Assembly (NCBI RefSeq): GCF_009914755.1
Contig: NC_060927.1
DNA: 64,000 nucleotides
Origin: the human T2T-CHM13v2.0 reference genome, Homo sapiens
Direction: 5' to 3' (one strand)
Numbering within the stretch: the stretch's first letter is position 1; every line of letters starts with the position of its first letter. A model generated the notes under the pieces. That model ran no database searches. It was not told the DNA's origin and saw nothing but the letters and a program-made list of their open reading frames with translations. A program made the translations under genes and the position numbers. This document shows, piece by piece, positions 62,290 through 64,000 of the stretch.

Positions 62290-63435
62290 TCTTTTTTTTT
62301 TCTAGTTTGTATTCTAAATTAACGTGGTACCTCTGTAAGTTTCTTCCAAAGGCATATTGAGGGATACCCAGGTTTGCAGTACAATTAAACCCATCACACA
62401 GGTTGTGAGCATAGGACCCAAGAAGTAGTTTTTCAACCCTGGCCCACTCTGTCCCTCCCCATTCTTATTTCCCAGTGTCTATTATTCCCACCTTTATGAC
62501 AATGTGCACCCAATATGTAGCTCCCACATGAGTGAAAACATGAGATATTTGGTTTCTGTTTCTGCGTTGGTTTGCTTAGGAGAGTGGATTCCAGCTGTAT
62601 TCATGTTGCTGCAAATGATGTGATTTTGTTCTTTTCATAGCTGCATAGTATTCCATGGTATATATGGAATTTTCCAATCTACCTTGGATTTTCAATCTAC
62701 CTTGGATGTACCTGGATTGACTCCACGTCTTTGCTATTGTGAATAGTGCTGCAATGAACATACATGTGTATACATCTTTTTGTTACAATGATTTATTGTC
62801 CTTTCGGTATACCCCTAGTATAGTAATGGGGTTGCTGCATCCAACAGTCATTCTTAGTTCTTAATTTCTAAACTGCTCTCCATAGTAGCTGAATTAATTT
62901 ACATTGCCACAAACGGTTTGTGTTCCCTTTTCTCCACAGCCTCCCCAACATCCTTTTTTAAGTTTTTATTTATTATTTGTTTTTAACAAAAGTCATTGTG
63001 ACTGGTGTGAAATGGTATTTCATTGATGTTTTGTGTGGCATTTTTCTGATGATTAGCAATGGTAAGCATTTTTTAATGTTTGTTGGCCACTTACGTGTGT
63101 TATTTTGAGAACTGTCTGTTCATGTCCTTTGCCCATTTATAATGGTCTTATTTATTTTTTGCTTGTTGATTTGTTTAGGTCTCTTATGGATTCTGGATAA
63201 TAGGCGTTTGCTATATCCATACTTTGTGAATATTTTCTTCCATTCTTTTAGGCTTTCTGTTTAATCTCGTGATAGTTTCTCATGCTGTGCAGAAGCTATT
63301 TAGCTAAATTAGATCACACTTGTCAATTTTTGTTATTCTTGCAATTGCTTTTGAGGACTTAGCCATAAATTAATTGACAAATATGATATTCAGAAGAGTA
63401 TTTCCTAGGTTTTTTCCAGGATTTTTATAGTCAGA
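62290..63435 (-). mobile_element. L1 3' end (L1PA15/16-like)
   Basis: [15 protein letters not shown] and [10 protein letters not shown]; 3'UTR AGTAGTTTTTCAACCCT. Confidence 0.8.
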
Positions 63436-63467
63436 AGATGTACTCTTATGTAAAGAAAGCACAAACC

Positions 63468-63762
63468 TTTTTTTTGTTTTGTTTTGAGACAGAGTCTCCA
63501 TCACCAAGGCTATAGTGCAGTGGTATGATCTTGGCTTACTGCAACCTCTGTCTCCTGGGTTCAAGTGATTCTCCTGCCTCAGCCTCCTGAGTATCTGAGA
63601 TTACACATGCCTGCCAACACGCCTTGCTAATTTTTGTATTTTTACTAGAGACAGGTTTCATCATGTTGGCCAGGCTGGTCTCAAACTCCTGACGTCAGGT
63701 GATTCACCTGCCTCGGCCTCCCCAAATTTTGGGATTACAAGTGTGAGCCACCATGCCTGGCC
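63468..63762 (-). mobile_element. Alu (AluS-like)
   Basis: Reverse dimer; TSD AAGCACAAA(C/G)CTTTT. Confidence 0.92.
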
Positions 63763-63944
63763 AAGCACAAAGCTTTTAAAATAAAAAGGGAAATGAACAT
63801 TTTAGTGTTTTGTTTAATTCATAAAATGCAATTATTTTGGATTCTACTAAATAATAAACATCCATATGTGGCAAAGTGGATGCTAATCATTCAGTTGTGA
63901 TTATGGGTGGGAAGAATTGAGATGGTGCAAATAAACTTTTTTAA

Positions 63945-64000
63945 TTTTTTTTTTATTTTCAAGATGGAGTCTTGCCCTGTCACCCAGGCTGGAGTGCAGT
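63945..64000 (-). mobile_element. Alu 3' end, cut by the window edge
   Basis: Poly-T then GATGGAGTCTTGCCCTGTCACCCAGGCTGGAGTGCAGT. Confidence 0.9.

Overview
Primate (human-like) non-genic DNA built almost entirely from repeats, with the mosaic look of a pericentromeric/acrocentric segmental duplication. From left to right: a decayed ERV internal region with an env remnant, interrupted by a full-length L1PA7-like element whose 5' UTR appears spliced; an old antisense L1; a CpG-island promoter (ZNF143/THAP11, NRF1, YY1 and ETS motifs) with no recognisable coding gene downstream; an LTR6-like solo LTR; a complete 14.3-kb MER57-type provirus (paired LTRs, GTTC TSD, tRNA-Leu PBS) containing a 35-bp HSAT4-like array, a full-length L1PA3-like element and a MER52 LTR; old MLT/L1M DNA; a near-complete Tigger1; a 48-bp CER satellite block; two CACTGACCAGG-type repeat tracts around a rearranged, palindromic SNX18 processed pseudogene/REP522-like block; and about 28 Alus. 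I find no intact host protein-coding gene and no evidence of a new protein-based system. The strongest observations are the spliced L1, the satellite arising inside a provirus, and the orphan promoter. Subfamily names come from recalled consensus motifs, not from a database search. Boundaries of old elements are approximate.
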